Below the pieces are notes generated by a model. The model worked only from the letters and a program-made list of their open reading frames with translations, had not been told where the DNA came from and ran no database searches. The position numbers were made by a program, and so were the translations under genes. Below are positions 10,546 through 19,928 of a stretch of 64,000 nucleotides of DNA, piece after piece; within the stretch, counting starts at the first letter, position 1; every line of letters begins with the position of its first letter. Origin of the DNA: Hyphomicrobiales bacterium (GTDB taxonomy: Bacteria; Pseudomonadota; Alphaproteobacteria; Rhizobiales; Aestuariivirgaceae); assembly GCA_026990765.1 (NCBI GenBank), contig JALXCV010000023.1, forward strand, positions 17,829-81,828, read 5' to 3'.

Positions 10546-10591
10546 AAGCTTGTTTGAAAGCTTGTTTGAAAGCTTGTTTGAAAGCTTGTTT
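10546..10591. repeat. 12-bp tandem repeat AAGCTTGTTTGA, about 3.8 copies
   Basis: Perfect units at 10546-10557, 10558-10569 and 10570-10581, plus a partial unit AAGCTTGTTT at 10582-10591. Located in the divergent spacer between the kinase operon and RTX-2. Confidence 0.9.
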
Positions 10592-10958
10592 CTGAGTTTG
10601 AAATAATTGTCAACAAACGAAGATTCTTGATAACCGGGAGTTGTATTGAAAGGTGGGGTAATGGATGTGTGAAAATCGGCAATTATGAAAAATATCAAGT
10701 TTGATAGCGGTTTTAGACAAGAATAAAAAACCATTGCAAGAACCGTAGTCCTGACAGGCCGAACTGTACAAGCTGTTTTCTTCACAAGGCAGGGAGTGAA
10801 GCAAGGCAGACTTTGAATGTTGATGTGATAAGCGCTGTCGGAGGTTTCGTTGTCTACCATTCTTATCAATGAATTTCACCATGATAATTCTGGGATTGAA
10901 AGACCGAAACGAGCGGTTGCTTGGCTTTTAATCAGCTAGATATATCTGGAGAACTACT

Positions 10959-13900
10959 ATGGCATCACCTGTAATCATAAATCTTAGCGGCGATCGTGTA
11001 ACTTATACTAAAGGACTTGGAGCAATTTTGCTCGATGCTTCGGCAACTGGTACAGGTAGCCAAGGCGTGGCACCTGTAGCACTGGGTCTGTCTGACGCGG
11101 ATTCTGCGGATTTTAATATGGGCCGTCTTGCTGTGACTGTCATTGGCGGGGCTGTGGCCAGCGAGGATGTACTTGGTTTCGATGTTTCTGGTACTATATC
11201 TCTTTCGGGTATGGTTGCCGGATCTGATGTTCTGGTCTCGGGAACAGTGATTGGTACGCTGGTCCATGATATTGCGGCAGGAAACGATCTTGTTGTCAAC
11301 CTCAATGCCAACGCAACAGTGCCGCGAGTACAAGCGCTGATGCAAGCTGTGCAATATGAAAACTCCAATATGACTGATCCTGATATCGCTGCACGCACAG
11401 TGCGTGTCACTGTGAATGATGGCGGGATTGAGAGTAATGGCACGGCAGAAGTGACAGTTAATATTCAAGTTCCGGCAACGGGTGTGTTCACTGACAGCGG
11501 TCAGTCAATCGGAGCTGTAGGATCAAATAATTCCAGATCTACCGCTCTTGGTGATATTGATAATGATGGTGATCTCGACATGGTCATTGCCAATGAAGGT
11601 CAGGCAGATCAATTGTGGCTGAATGATGGGTCGGGAAGCTACAGTTTCAGCCAATGGATATGGTCGGGAACCAATGGTTTCGGTCGTGGCATAGCAATGG
11701 GAGATATAAATGGAGACGGTCATCTGGATGTTGTAACTGTTAATAAAAATTCCGGATCATTTGTGTGGTTGAATGATGGTACAGGAACTTTAGTTGATAG
11801 TGGTCAGTTACTGGGTAATTCCAGAAGCTTTGGTGTTGCTCTTGGGGATGTTGATGGCGATGGTGATCTGGATATGGCGGTCGCAAATGGTGATCTGAAT
11901 GCGTTGCAGGGAAATAAGATATGGCTAAATGATGGTTCTGGAACATTTACTGATAGTGGACAGTCTCTCGGGTCAAATGCAAGTAATGGTGTTGAGCTTG
12001 GTGATGTTGACGGTGACGGTGATCTCGACATGTTCGTGGCCAATACCCAATCTTGGTCAGGTTCGACTTCGAGCCAGGGAACCAGATTGTGGATTAATGA
12101 TGGCTCGGGCCACTATTTAGATAGTGGTCAGGATTTTGGATCGGGTACAACTCTGGGTATTGTTATGGGTGACCTGGATGGTGACGGTGACCTTGATGTG
12201 GTGCTTGCGGAGGGTACTTATGATGTCAATGATGTATGGCTGAATGATGGGTCGGGTGGCTATACAAATAGTGGTCAAGACCTCGGTAGCAACACTTACG
12301 GTGTTTCTCTGGGCGATATGGATGGTGATGGCGATCTTGATGTTGTTTTCACAAATTCTGGATATCGGGTTTGGTTAAACGATGGTTCTGCGACTTTTTC
12401 TACTACCCAGTATATATTTGAGACAGGTTTCAGTACAGCTAATGCGCTTGGTGATCTGGATGGTGATGGAAGTCTAGATATTGTCACAGCCAGGTATAAT
12501 ACGGGCAATACTGTGTGGATGAACGCCTTGCCGGCTGCCCCTGTTATTATCGATCTTGATGGCGATCGGGTTACCTTTACCAGCGGGCTTGGAGCTGTTA
12601 ATATTGATGCTGCTGGAACCGGTAGCGATAATCACCGTATGGCGCCGCTGGCGGCCGGATTGAGTGATGCGGATTCGGTTAATTTTAATGGTGGCAATAT
12701 CAGTGTTACCATTACCAATAATCACCAACCGGCAGAAGATCTGTTGAAGTTTGAAGATACTGGCCCTGTGGTTCTGGGTGGAACTGCTGCCGGTTCGGGA
12801 GTATCGGTATCAGGCACGCTAATAGGTACGCTTGCCAATGATATTGCCGTAGGCAATGATCTTGTTGTCAATTTCAATGCTAATGCCACAGTGGCTCTGG
12901 TACAGACGCTGATACGGGCTATGCAATATGAAAATACCAATACCACCAGTCTGGCAACTGAAGCACGTACTGTCAGCGTTACAGTTAATGATGGAGATGG
13001 TGGCACTTCTCAGGTCAGTGATATTACGGTCAACATCCAGATACCCGATGCCGGTATGCTTACACAGACAGCCCAGGGGCTTGGTTCAGATGAGAGTGTT
13101 GCTGTTGTTGTGGGTGATGTTGATGGTGATGGCGATCTGGATATGCTGTCGGTTAACTGGAATGATACCAATCGCCTTTGGTTGAATGATGGGCAGGGTA
13201 GCTTCTTCAATAGCGGCCTGTCGCTTGGTTCAGATTCCAGTGCTGATGCTGCCTTTGGTGATGTTGATGGTGATGGTGATCTGGATATGGCTCTGATGAG
13301 CTGGTTCGGTACAAATACTATGTGGCTGAATGACGGTACAGGTAGTTTCACCGATAGCGGCCAGTCGCTGGGTTCCAACAACAGCAGTAATGTTACCTTT
13401 GGTGATGTTGATGGCGATGGTGATCTGGATATGGTGGTTGCCAATCATCTTGTTGGTGATCGTGTCTGGCTGAATGATGGCAGTGGCGTGTTTGCCGATA
13501 GTGGTCAGTTGCTTGGTAATGCAGAAGCTGAAAATGTAACGCTTGGCGATGTTGATGGTGATGGTGATCTGGATCTGGCGGTTGCCAACTGGAATGATAA
13601 TAACCGGATCTGGCTCAATAATGGTGCAGGCGTTTTTACAGACAGCGGTCAGGCGCTTGCTTCGACCAACAACAGGGACGTAGAACTGGGTGATGTTGAT
13701 GGTGATGGCGATCTTGATGCGGTTATTGCTGTTGACGGGGCTGGAAATCAGGTTTGGCTGAATAATGGCAGCGGTACCTTTGCTGATACAGGCCAATTGC
13801 TTGGAACAGCAGACAGCAAGCAGCTTTCACTGGTTGATATGGATGGTGATGGCGATCTGGATATGGTGGTGGCCAATAACAATCAACCCAGCCGGGTCTG

Positions 13901-15356
13901 GCTCAATAATGGCACTGGAACCTTTACTGATTCTGGCCAGTCGCTTGGAGCTGGTGCTACCCGTGATCTTGCTACTGGTGATTTTGACATTGATGGTACG
14001 GTTGATGTGCTGTTTGCGCTGCAAAACCAGCTCAACAGGGTTTGGTTGAACAATGCAGAACCTTTTATAACCAGTTCTGCAACGGCCAATGTTGATGAAA
14101 ATACAACTGCGGTGATGAGCGTTACCGCCAATGATCTTGATGGTGATACACCGACATTCTCGATCAGTGGCGGTGATGATGCGGCACTGTTTGCCATTAA
14201 TGCTACAACCGGTGCGTTAAGCTTTCTTGCAGCACCCGACTTTGAAGCACCCGGTGATGCCGGGGCCAATAATGTCTATGAGGTTGAGGTTACAGCCAGT
14301 GATGGCAGTGGTGGTAGTGATGCGCAGTTGATCTCGGTGACCGTTGATGATGTTTCCGGCAATTTCCTTGGAACGCCGGATGTGGATGTTTTCAATGGTT
14401 CGATCGAAACAGACACGGTCACCTATGGTGGTTCATCCGGGGTCACGGTGCATCTGTGGAGTGGTACTGGGGAACGCGGTGATGCTGCAGGTGACAGTTA
14501 TACCAGCATTGAAAATGCCGTAGGCACTGATTCTTCCGATATTCTGGTTGGCACATTTAATGAGACCAATCAGCTGGATGGCAGGGCGGGGGATGATTAT
14601 CTGTTTGGCCTGTCAGGTGATGACGAAATGCGCGGCGGTGATGGTGATGATCTGCTGGTAGGCGGTGCCGGGGCTGACCAGATGGATGGTGGTGAAGGAG
14701 ATGACACCATATCCTATGTTGACTCAACCAGTGTTATTGTCCGTTTGTGGAACGGCACCGGTTCCAGTGGTGAGGCTGCTGGTGATCAATATGTCAGCAT
14801 TGAAAATGTCAGGGGTTCTGACAGCAATGATGCGATTATCGGCTCCAACTTTTCTGATAATTTCATCGAAGGTGGCGGCGGGGCTGATTATATAAATGGC
14901 CTTGGCGGCAATAATGCTGCTTCCTATAAGCATTCTGAAACCGGAGTTACGGTGCGTTTGTGGAACGGCACTGGTTCTGGCGGTGATGCAGAAGGTGATA
15001 CGCTGGTCAATATTGTCAATGTCAGGGGTTCAGAATTTGGCGATACACTGCTAGGCAGTTTTGGCACTGACAACATCCTGTTTGGCGGTGGTGGCGGTGA
15101 CCATCTGTTCGGGCTATCCGGCAATGATACCTTCATGTTCAGCGATAATTTCGGCAATGACGTAATCCACGACTTCACCGATGGCAGCGAGTTCATGGAT
15201 ATGACTGAATCAAGCCTGAGTGCGGCTGATTTACGGATTGAGGTTGTTGGTGCTGACACCATCGTTCATTTCGACCAGGTGCACGCCACAATTACCGATA
15301 CCATCACCATAGAAGGTGTGGCAGCGGGAATTGATGCGGGTGACTTCCTGTTCTGA
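10959..15356 (+). CDS. RTX-2: exoprotein with two [~170-aa module + 7 FG-GAP/VCBS repeats] units, a cadherin-like domain, RTX arrays and the shared C-terminal module
   Basis: GGAGA lies 8 nt before the ATG. 14 repeats of the type GDVDGDGDLDM..AN....WLNDGSG. Cadherin-like segment VDENTTAVMSVTANDLDGD...YEVEVTASDG. RTX nonapeptides. Ends ...GIDAGDFLF. Confidence 0.9.
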   Translation: MASPVIINLSGDRVTYTKGLGAILLDASATGTGSQGVAPVALGLSDADSADFNMGRLAVTVIGGAVASEDVLGFDVSGTISLSGMVAGSDVLVSGTVIGTLVHDIAAGNDLVVNLNANATVPRVQALMQAVQYENSNMTDPDIAARTVRVTVNDGGIESNGTAEVTVNIQVPATGVFTDSGQSIGAVGSNNSRSTALGDIDNDGDLDMVIANEGQADQLWLNDGSGSYSFSQWIWSGTNGFGRGIAMGDINGDGHLDVVTVNKNSGSFVWLNDGTGTLVDSGQLLGNSRSFGVALGDVDGDGDLDMAVANGDLNALQGNKIWLNDGSGTFTDSGQSLGSNASNGVELGDVDGDGDLDMFVANTQSWSGSTSSQGTRLWINDGSGHYLDSGQDFGSGTTLGIVMGDLDGDGDLDVVLAEGTYDVNDVWLNDGSGGYTNSGQDLGSNTYGVSLGDMDGDGDLDVVFTNSGYRVWLNDGSATFSTTQYIFETGFSTANALGDLDGDGSLDIVTARYNTGNTVWMNALPAAPVIIDLDGDRVTFTSGLGAVNIDAAGTGSDNHRMAPLAAGLSDADSVNFNGGNISVTITNNHQPAEDLLKFEDTGPVVLGGTAAGSGVSVSGTLIGTLANDIAVGNDLVVNFNANATVALVQTLIRAMQYENTNTTSLATEARTVSVTVNDGDGGTSQVSDITVNIQIPDAGMLTQTAQGLGSDESVAVVVGDVDGDGDLDMLSVNWNDTNRLWLNDGQGSFFNSGLSLGSDSSADAAFGDVDGDGDLDMALMSWFGTNTMWLNDGTGSFTDSGQSLGSNNSSNVTFGDVDGDGDLDMVVANHLVGDRVWLNDGSGVFADSGQLLGNAEAENVTLGDVDGDGDLDLAVANWNDNNRIWLNNGAGVFTDSGQALASTNNRDVELGDVDGDGDLDAVIAVDGAGNQVWLNNGSGTFADTGQLLGTADSKQLSLVDMDGDGDLDMVVANNNQPSRVWLNNGTGTFTDSGQSLGAGATRDLATGDFDIDGTVDVLFALQNQLNRVWLNNAEPFITSSATANVDENTTAVMSVTANDLDGDTPTFSISGGDDAALFAINATTGALSFLAAPDFEAPGDAGANNVYEVEVTASDGSGGSDAQLISVTVDDVSGNFLGTPDVDVFNGSIETDTVTYGGSSGVTVHLWSGTGERGDAAGDSYTSIENAVGTDSSDILVGTFNETNQLDGRAGDDYLFGLSGDDEMRGGDGDDLLVGGAGADQMDGGEGDDTISYVDSTSVIVRLWNGTGSSGEAAGDQYVSIENVRGSDSNDAIIGSNFSDNFIEGGGGADYINGLGGNNAASYKHSETGVTVRLWNGTGSGGDAEGDTLVNIVNVRGSEFGDTLLGSFGTDNILFGGGGGDHLFGLSGNDTFMFSDNFGNDVIHDFTDGSEFMDMTESSLSAADLRIEVVGADTIVHFDQVHATITDTITIEGVAAGIDAGDFLF
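14826..15356 (+). repeat. 3' block of RTX-2, colinear with the 3' block of RTX-3
   Basis: Ungapped hand alignment with 18509-19039 gives about 44 mismatches in 531 nt, mostly at third codon positions. Confidence 0.85.
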
Positions 15357-15364
15357 TGCAGTAA

Positions 15365-15395
15365 TGAAGGTCAGGTTTTATAAATCTGACCTTCA
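15365..15395 (+). terminator. Hairpin after RTX-2 (possible terminator)
   Basis: Perfect 10-bp stem TGAAGGTCAG (15365-15374) / CTGACCTTCA (15386-15395) starting 9 nt after the stop. No clear T-run follows. Confidence 0.4.
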
Positions 15396-15715
15396 AACGA
15401 CCCTTTTACATCCTGAAACCATTCACTTATTTTGAACGGGCAAGCAAGGAATTGCCCTCCATAGGTGAAGCCAGATGCTTGTCATGATGAAAAAGCTTGT
15501 TTTTTCCCGGTAATATAGTATTAAAGTAATGGCTTTGCAGATTCAATTATAAGTTGAGATACTTTTTGAAAATGTGTTTTATAAAATAGTCTGATCTTGG
15601 CTATGCTGGTGACGATCTATTTGCCAGGGAAGAATCTGAAATTTGAGTTTTACCGGAGTTTTATATCTGATAAAAATTATCGGTATTTAACTACAAACAA
15701 GAACAGGATTTAATC

Positions 15716-18700
15716 ATGTCCATATCCTTCAGTGCAACTTTTGATCTTTCCACGATTAATGGCTCAAACGGTTTTCGGCTTGATGGTATTGATTCTTATG
15801 ATGAGAGTGGTGTGTCGGTCAGTGGGGCAGGGGATGTTAATGGCGACGGTATTGATGATATCATCATCGGCTCACTTGCTAATTCGGGCGGAAATACTCG
15901 CGCGGGTGAGACATATGTGGTGTTTGGCACCAGTTCCGGTTTTTCAGCCAGCTTTGATCTTTCCACACTAAACGGTTCAAACGGTTTCCGGCTTGATGGT
16001 ATTGATGCTGAAGATAGAAGTGGCAGATCGGTAAGTGGAGCCGGTGATCTCAATGGTGATGGCATTGACGATATTATTATAGGCGCACCCCAAGCCGATC
16101 CGGGTGGAGATTCACGTGCGGGTGAGACATATGTGGTGTTTGGCACCAGTTCCGGTTTTTCGGCCAGCCTTGATCTTTCCACACTGAACGGTTCAAACGG
16201 TTTCCGGCTTGACGGCATTGATGTTATTGACTTTAGCGGTCTCTCGGTCAGTGGAGCCGGAGATGTTAATGGTGATGGTATTGATGATGCAATCATTGGC
16301 GCTTATGGGGGCAAGCAGGGCGATAATTTCAGAGCAGGCGAAACTTATGTTTTATTTGGCACCAGTACCGGCTTTTCGGCCAGCCTTGATCTTTCCACGC
16401 TAAATGGCTCCAACGGCTTCAAGCTCAATGGCATTGATGCTGAGGATCGTAGCGGCTGGTCAGTCAGCGGGGCCGGGGATGTTAATGGCGATGGTGTTGA
16501 TGATATAATTATCGGCGCTTACCTGGCAGATCAGACAGGAGACACTAACGCAGGTGAGACTTATGTTGTATTTGGCTCCAGTTCGGGTTTTTCTGCCAGT
16601 TTTGAGCTTTCCTCGATTAATGGAACAAACGGCTTTCGCCTCGATGGTATTGATGCTGAAGACCAAAGTGGCAGGGCGGTTAGCGGGGCCGGAGATGTTA
16701 ATGGCGATGGCATTGACGATATAATTATCGGCGCACGTGAAGCTGATCCAGGCGGGGAATCAAATGCAGGCGAGACGTATGTTGTATTTGGCTCCAGTAC
16801 CGGATTCTCTACAAGCCTTGATCTTTCTACACTTAACGGCACAAATGGTTTTCGGCTCAATGGCATAGCAGCCGGAGATATTAGCGGCACATCAGTCAGT
16901 AATGCTGGAGACGTCAATGGCGATGGCATTGATGATATTATTATTGGAGCTCACGATGCTGATCCAGGTGGGGATTCAAGCGCAGGTGCAACCTATGTTG
17001 TATTTGGCTCCAGTTCGGGTTTTTCTGCCAGCTTTGACCTGACTGGCCTTAACGGTTCAAACGGCTTCCGGCTTGATGGTATTGATGTTGATGACAGGAG
17101 CGGCTGGTCAGTCAGCGCAGCCGGGGATGTTAATGGCGATGGTGTTGACGATATAATAATCGGCACTGATGCGGGTGATCCGGACGGGCATTACAACGCA
17201 GGTGAAACATATGTGGTGTTTGGCAATGCTCCGCCGGTGTTTACCAGTTCAGACACGGCTATGGTCGATGAGGGCACAACAACGGTAATGACCGTCATTG
17301 CCAATGATTCCAGTCCAGGTGGTACTCTGGGCTATTCAATTAGCGGAGGTGATGATCAGGCGCTGTTTGCCATTGATGCGGGGACAGGTGAATTGAGCTT
17401 TCTTGATTCACCTGATTATGATAACCCCGGTGATGCCGGTGCCAACAATATATATGAAGTTGAGATAACTGCCACTGATGGTGTGGGTGGCAGTGATACG
17501 CAGATGATCTCGGTGACTGTTGATGAGGTCAATCTGAACCCGACCATGACCTCTCCTGCTACGGCCAGTGTGGATGAAAACACCACGGCGGTTATGACAG
17601 TGACGGCGAGTGATCCTGATGCTGGTGATATACCGGTGTTCTCGATCAGTGGCGGGGCAGATCAGGCAATGTTTGGCATTGATACAAATAGCGGTGCGTT
17701 GAGCTTCCTTGCAGCGCCGGATTTTGAGAATCCCGGTGATGCCGGGGCCAATAATGTCTATGAGGTTGAGGTTACAGCCAGTGATGGCAATGGCGGCAGT
17801 GATGCTCAATTGATCTCGGTTACGGTTGATAATGTTTCCGGCAATTTCATTGGAACGCCGGATATGGATGTTTTTAATGGTTCGGTGGAAGAAGATATGG
17901 TCACTTATGGTGGCTCATCAGGGGTGACTGTTCGACTATGGAATGGTACCGGAGAACGCGGTGATGCTGAGGGTGATACATACACGATGGTAGAAAGCGT
18001 CACAGGTACTGATTTCAGCGATATTCTGATTGGAACCTTTGGTGAAGCCAATATACTGAATGGTCAAGCCGGAGACGATTTTCTGTTCGGGTTGACCGGG
18101 GATGATGTAATATCTGGCGGTTTGGGTGATGATTTTCTGGTAGGCGGTGCCGGAGCTGACAATTTGGATGGTGGCGCTGGTTCCGACACAGTATCTTATA
18201 TGAACTCACAGAGTGTTTTTGTCAGACTATGGAATGGTACCGCATCTGATGGTGATGCTCTGGCAAGTATTGAGAATGTTATCGGCTCATCTCACGATGA
18301 TGCGATTATCGGTTCCAACATGGTGGATAATATTATCGAAGGTGGTGGAGGAGCTGACTATATAAATGGTCTTGGAGGTGATGATACGGTTTCATATCAG
18401 GGGTCGAGTAATGGCGTCGTGGTCAGATTGTGGAATGGTACCGGTTCGAGTGGTGATGCCGAAGGTGATGTTCTGGTAGATATCGAAAATGTTACTGGCT
18501 CAAATCACAATGATGCGATTATTGGTTCCAATATGGTAGATAATTTCATCGAAGGTGGTGGCGGGGCTGATTATATAAACGGTCTTGGCGGCAACAATGC
18601 TGCTTCCTATAAACATTCTGAAACCGGAGTTACGGTGCGTCTGTGGAACGGCACCGGCACGGGCGGTGATGCAGAAGGTGATACGCTGGTCAATATTGTC

Positions 18701-19039
18701 AATGTCAGGGGTTCAGAATTTGGCGATACACTGCTTGGCAGTTTTGGCACTGACAACATCCTGTTTGGCGGTGGTGGCGGTGACCATCTGTTCGGGCTTT
18801 CCGGCAATGATACCTTTATGTTTAGCGACAATTTCGGCAATGACGTAATCCACGATTTCGCCGATGGCAGCGAGTTCATGGACATGACTGAATCAAGCCT
18901 GAGTGCGGCTGATTTGCGGATTGAGGTTGTTGGTGCTGATACCATTGTTCATTTCGACCAGGTGGATGCGACAATTACCGACACGATTACCATAGAAGGT
19001 GTGGCAGCTGGCATTGATGCGGGTGACTTTATCTTTTAG
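15716..19039 (+). CDS. RTX-3: exoprotein with integrin-alpha-like 7x FG-GAP head, two cadherin-like domains, RTX arrays and the shared C-terminal module
   Basis: Seven units of about 70 aa: LSTLNGSNGFRLDGID..D.SG.SVSGAGDVNGDGIDDIIIGA......AGETYVVFG. Two cadherin-like repeats (VDEGTTTVMTV..., VDENTTAVMTV...). RTX nonapeptides. Ends ...GIDAGDFIF. Confidence 0.9.
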   Translation: MSISFSATFDLSTINGSNGFRLDGIDSYDESGVSVSGAGDVNGDGIDDIIIGSLANSGGNTRAGETYVVFGTSSGFSASFDLSTLNGSNGFRLDGIDAEDRSGRSVSGAGDLNGDGIDDIIIGAPQADPGGDSRAGETYVVFGTSSGFSASLDLSTLNGSNGFRLDGIDVIDFSGLSVSGAGDVNGDGIDDAIIGAYGGKQGDNFRAGETYVLFGTSTGFSASLDLSTLNGSNGFKLNGIDAEDRSGWSVSGAGDVNGDGVDDIIIGAYLADQTGDTNAGETYVVFGSSSGFSASFELSSINGTNGFRLDGIDAEDQSGRAVSGAGDVNGDGIDDIIIGAREADPGGESNAGETYVVFGSSTGFSTSLDLSTLNGTNGFRLNGIAAGDISGTSVSNAGDVNGDGIDDIIIGAHDADPGGDSSAGATYVVFGSSSGFSASFDLTGLNGSNGFRLDGIDVDDRSGWSVSAAGDVNGDGVDDIIIGTDAGDPDGHYNAGETYVVFGNAPPVFTSSDTAMVDEGTTTVMTVIANDSSPGGTLGYSISGGDDQALFAIDAGTGELSFLDSPDYDNPGDAGANNIYEVEITATDGVGGSDTQMISVTVDEVNLNPTMTSPATASVDENTTAVMTVTASDPDAGDIPVFSISGGADQAMFGIDTNSGALSFLAAPDFENPGDAGANNVYEVEVTASDGNGGSDAQLISVTVDNVSGNFIGTPDMDVFNGSVEEDMVTYGGSSGVTVRLWNGTGERGDAEGDTYTMVESVTGTDFSDILIGTFGEANILNGQAGDDFLFGLTGDDVISGGLGDDFLVGGAGADNLDGGAGSDTVSYMNSQSVFVRLWNGTASDGDALASIENVIGSSHDDAIIGSNMVDNIIEGGGGADYINGLGGDDTVSYQGSSNGVVVRLWNGTGSSGDAEGDVLVDIENVTGSNHNDAIIGSNMVDNFIEGGGGADYINGLGGNNAASYKHSETGVTVRLWNGTGTGGDAEGDTLVNIVNVRGSEFGDTLLGSFGTDNILFGGGGGDHLFGLSGNDTFMFSDNFGNDVIHDFADGSEFMDMTESSLSAADLRIEVVGADTIVHFDQVDATITDTITIEGVAAGIDAGDFIF
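18509..19039 (+). repeat. 3' block of RTX-3, colinear with the 3' block of RTX-2
   Basis: Partner of 14826-15356. Same length, no indels, about 92 percent identical by hand count. Confidence 0.85.
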
Positions 19040-19124
19040 GCGGGTTTTGCCGGAAGCTATATTTCCGGGGTTATGATTGGTAAACGTGTAGCTGCCTGAT
19101 CACATGGGGTTGCTGGTTTGTCTT

Positions 19125-19913
19125 TTATTTCGGGGAATCAGGCAGTAGTTGTTTGACTGATCGGCGATAAGGGCTGCTAACCGGGATTTTCCTATTATCA
19201 CTGGTTACAGCCAACATGGTCCGGTTGTAATATTCTATGGAATGTAATGCGTCTTTGGCAATCCAGTGGGAGCGGTGGATCTGGATGCCGGGATAATTGG
19301 CAAGTTCTTCCATTGCCTGGGAGAATTTGAGATGCAGCATCTGGCTTCCCTTGCTGGTGGTTACCTCAACATAATGATCGTTCATGGAAAGAGAGATCAG
19401 TTTGTTTCCCAGATGTTCGGGCAGGCGTTGCATAAATCTTGCAGAATTATTGGCGATATCGTCCTGGCTGTCTGCTTCAGGCAGGTTATAGGGCAACATG
19501 AAGTTGAGGTAGGCAATAATGCTGGTGAAAACCAGAACGGTCAGCCACAGGAAGAAATAATGATCGAAACCGTGGACCCGGTCCCGGAATGAATAATCAA
19601 CGATCAGAAAAACTCCCAGACCGGGAAATGAAACCACAGATGATCCAGCCAGCAGTCTGACCAGACGTGGAAGCTGTGCCAGGCGCGGGTGCATCAGTAC
19701 GTAAAGAATTGTCACATGGGCAAATAATCCGCAGCCACCTATCAATGCCAACCAGAAAGCAAATCTTTTGCCTGCTGACATTGTCTGGTAGGTGTTGAAG
19801 GGGCCGATAAAGGTGGACAGTAATACTGCAGCCATCAGTATCACCAATAATCTTGGCCATTCAATATGATTAAAAGCCTGCTTCATAGGGGTTATAGGTA
19901 GTAGCTCAATCAT
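19125..19913 (-). CDS. Membrane-anchored LytTR DNA-binding domain protein (4 TM helices + LytTR, no receiver domain)
   Basis: 262 aa. Four hydrophobic helices (WPRLLVILMAAVLL.., RFAFWLALIGGCGLF.., LVRLLAGSSVVSF.., YFFLWLTVLVFTSII..). LytTR-like C-terminus LISLSMNDHYVEVTTSKGSQMLHLKFSQAMEEL...IQIHRSHWIAKDAL. An alternative start is ATG 19886. Confidence 0.7.
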   Translation of the reverse strand: MIELLPITPMKQAFNHIEWPRLLVILMAAVLLSTFIGPFNTYQTMSAGKRFAFWLALIGGCGLFAHVTILYVLMHPRLAQLPRLVRLLAGSSVVSFPGLGVFLIVDYSFRDRVHGFDHYFFLWLTVLVFTSIIAYLNFMLPYNLPEADSQDDIANNSARFMQRLPEHLGNKLISLSMNDHYVEVTTSKGSQMLHLKFSQAMEELANYPGIQIHRSHWIAKDALHSIEYYNRTMLAVTSDNRKIPVSSPYRRSVKQLLPDSPK

Positions 19914-19928
19914 TGAGTGTGGATTTCA

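Noticed and set aside
10377-10882. Three overlapping minus-strand ORFs (101, 114 and 90 aa) in the kinase / RTX-2 spacer.
   Set aside because: They read through the 12-bp tandem repeat (translating to SFQTSFQTSFQT or NKLSNKLSNKLS) and have no start-site support. Treated as non-coding.
19050-19068. Short hairpin CCGGAA-N7-TTCCGG after RTX-3 as a terminator.
   Set aside because: The stem is only 6 bp with no following T-run. It is too weak to annotate.
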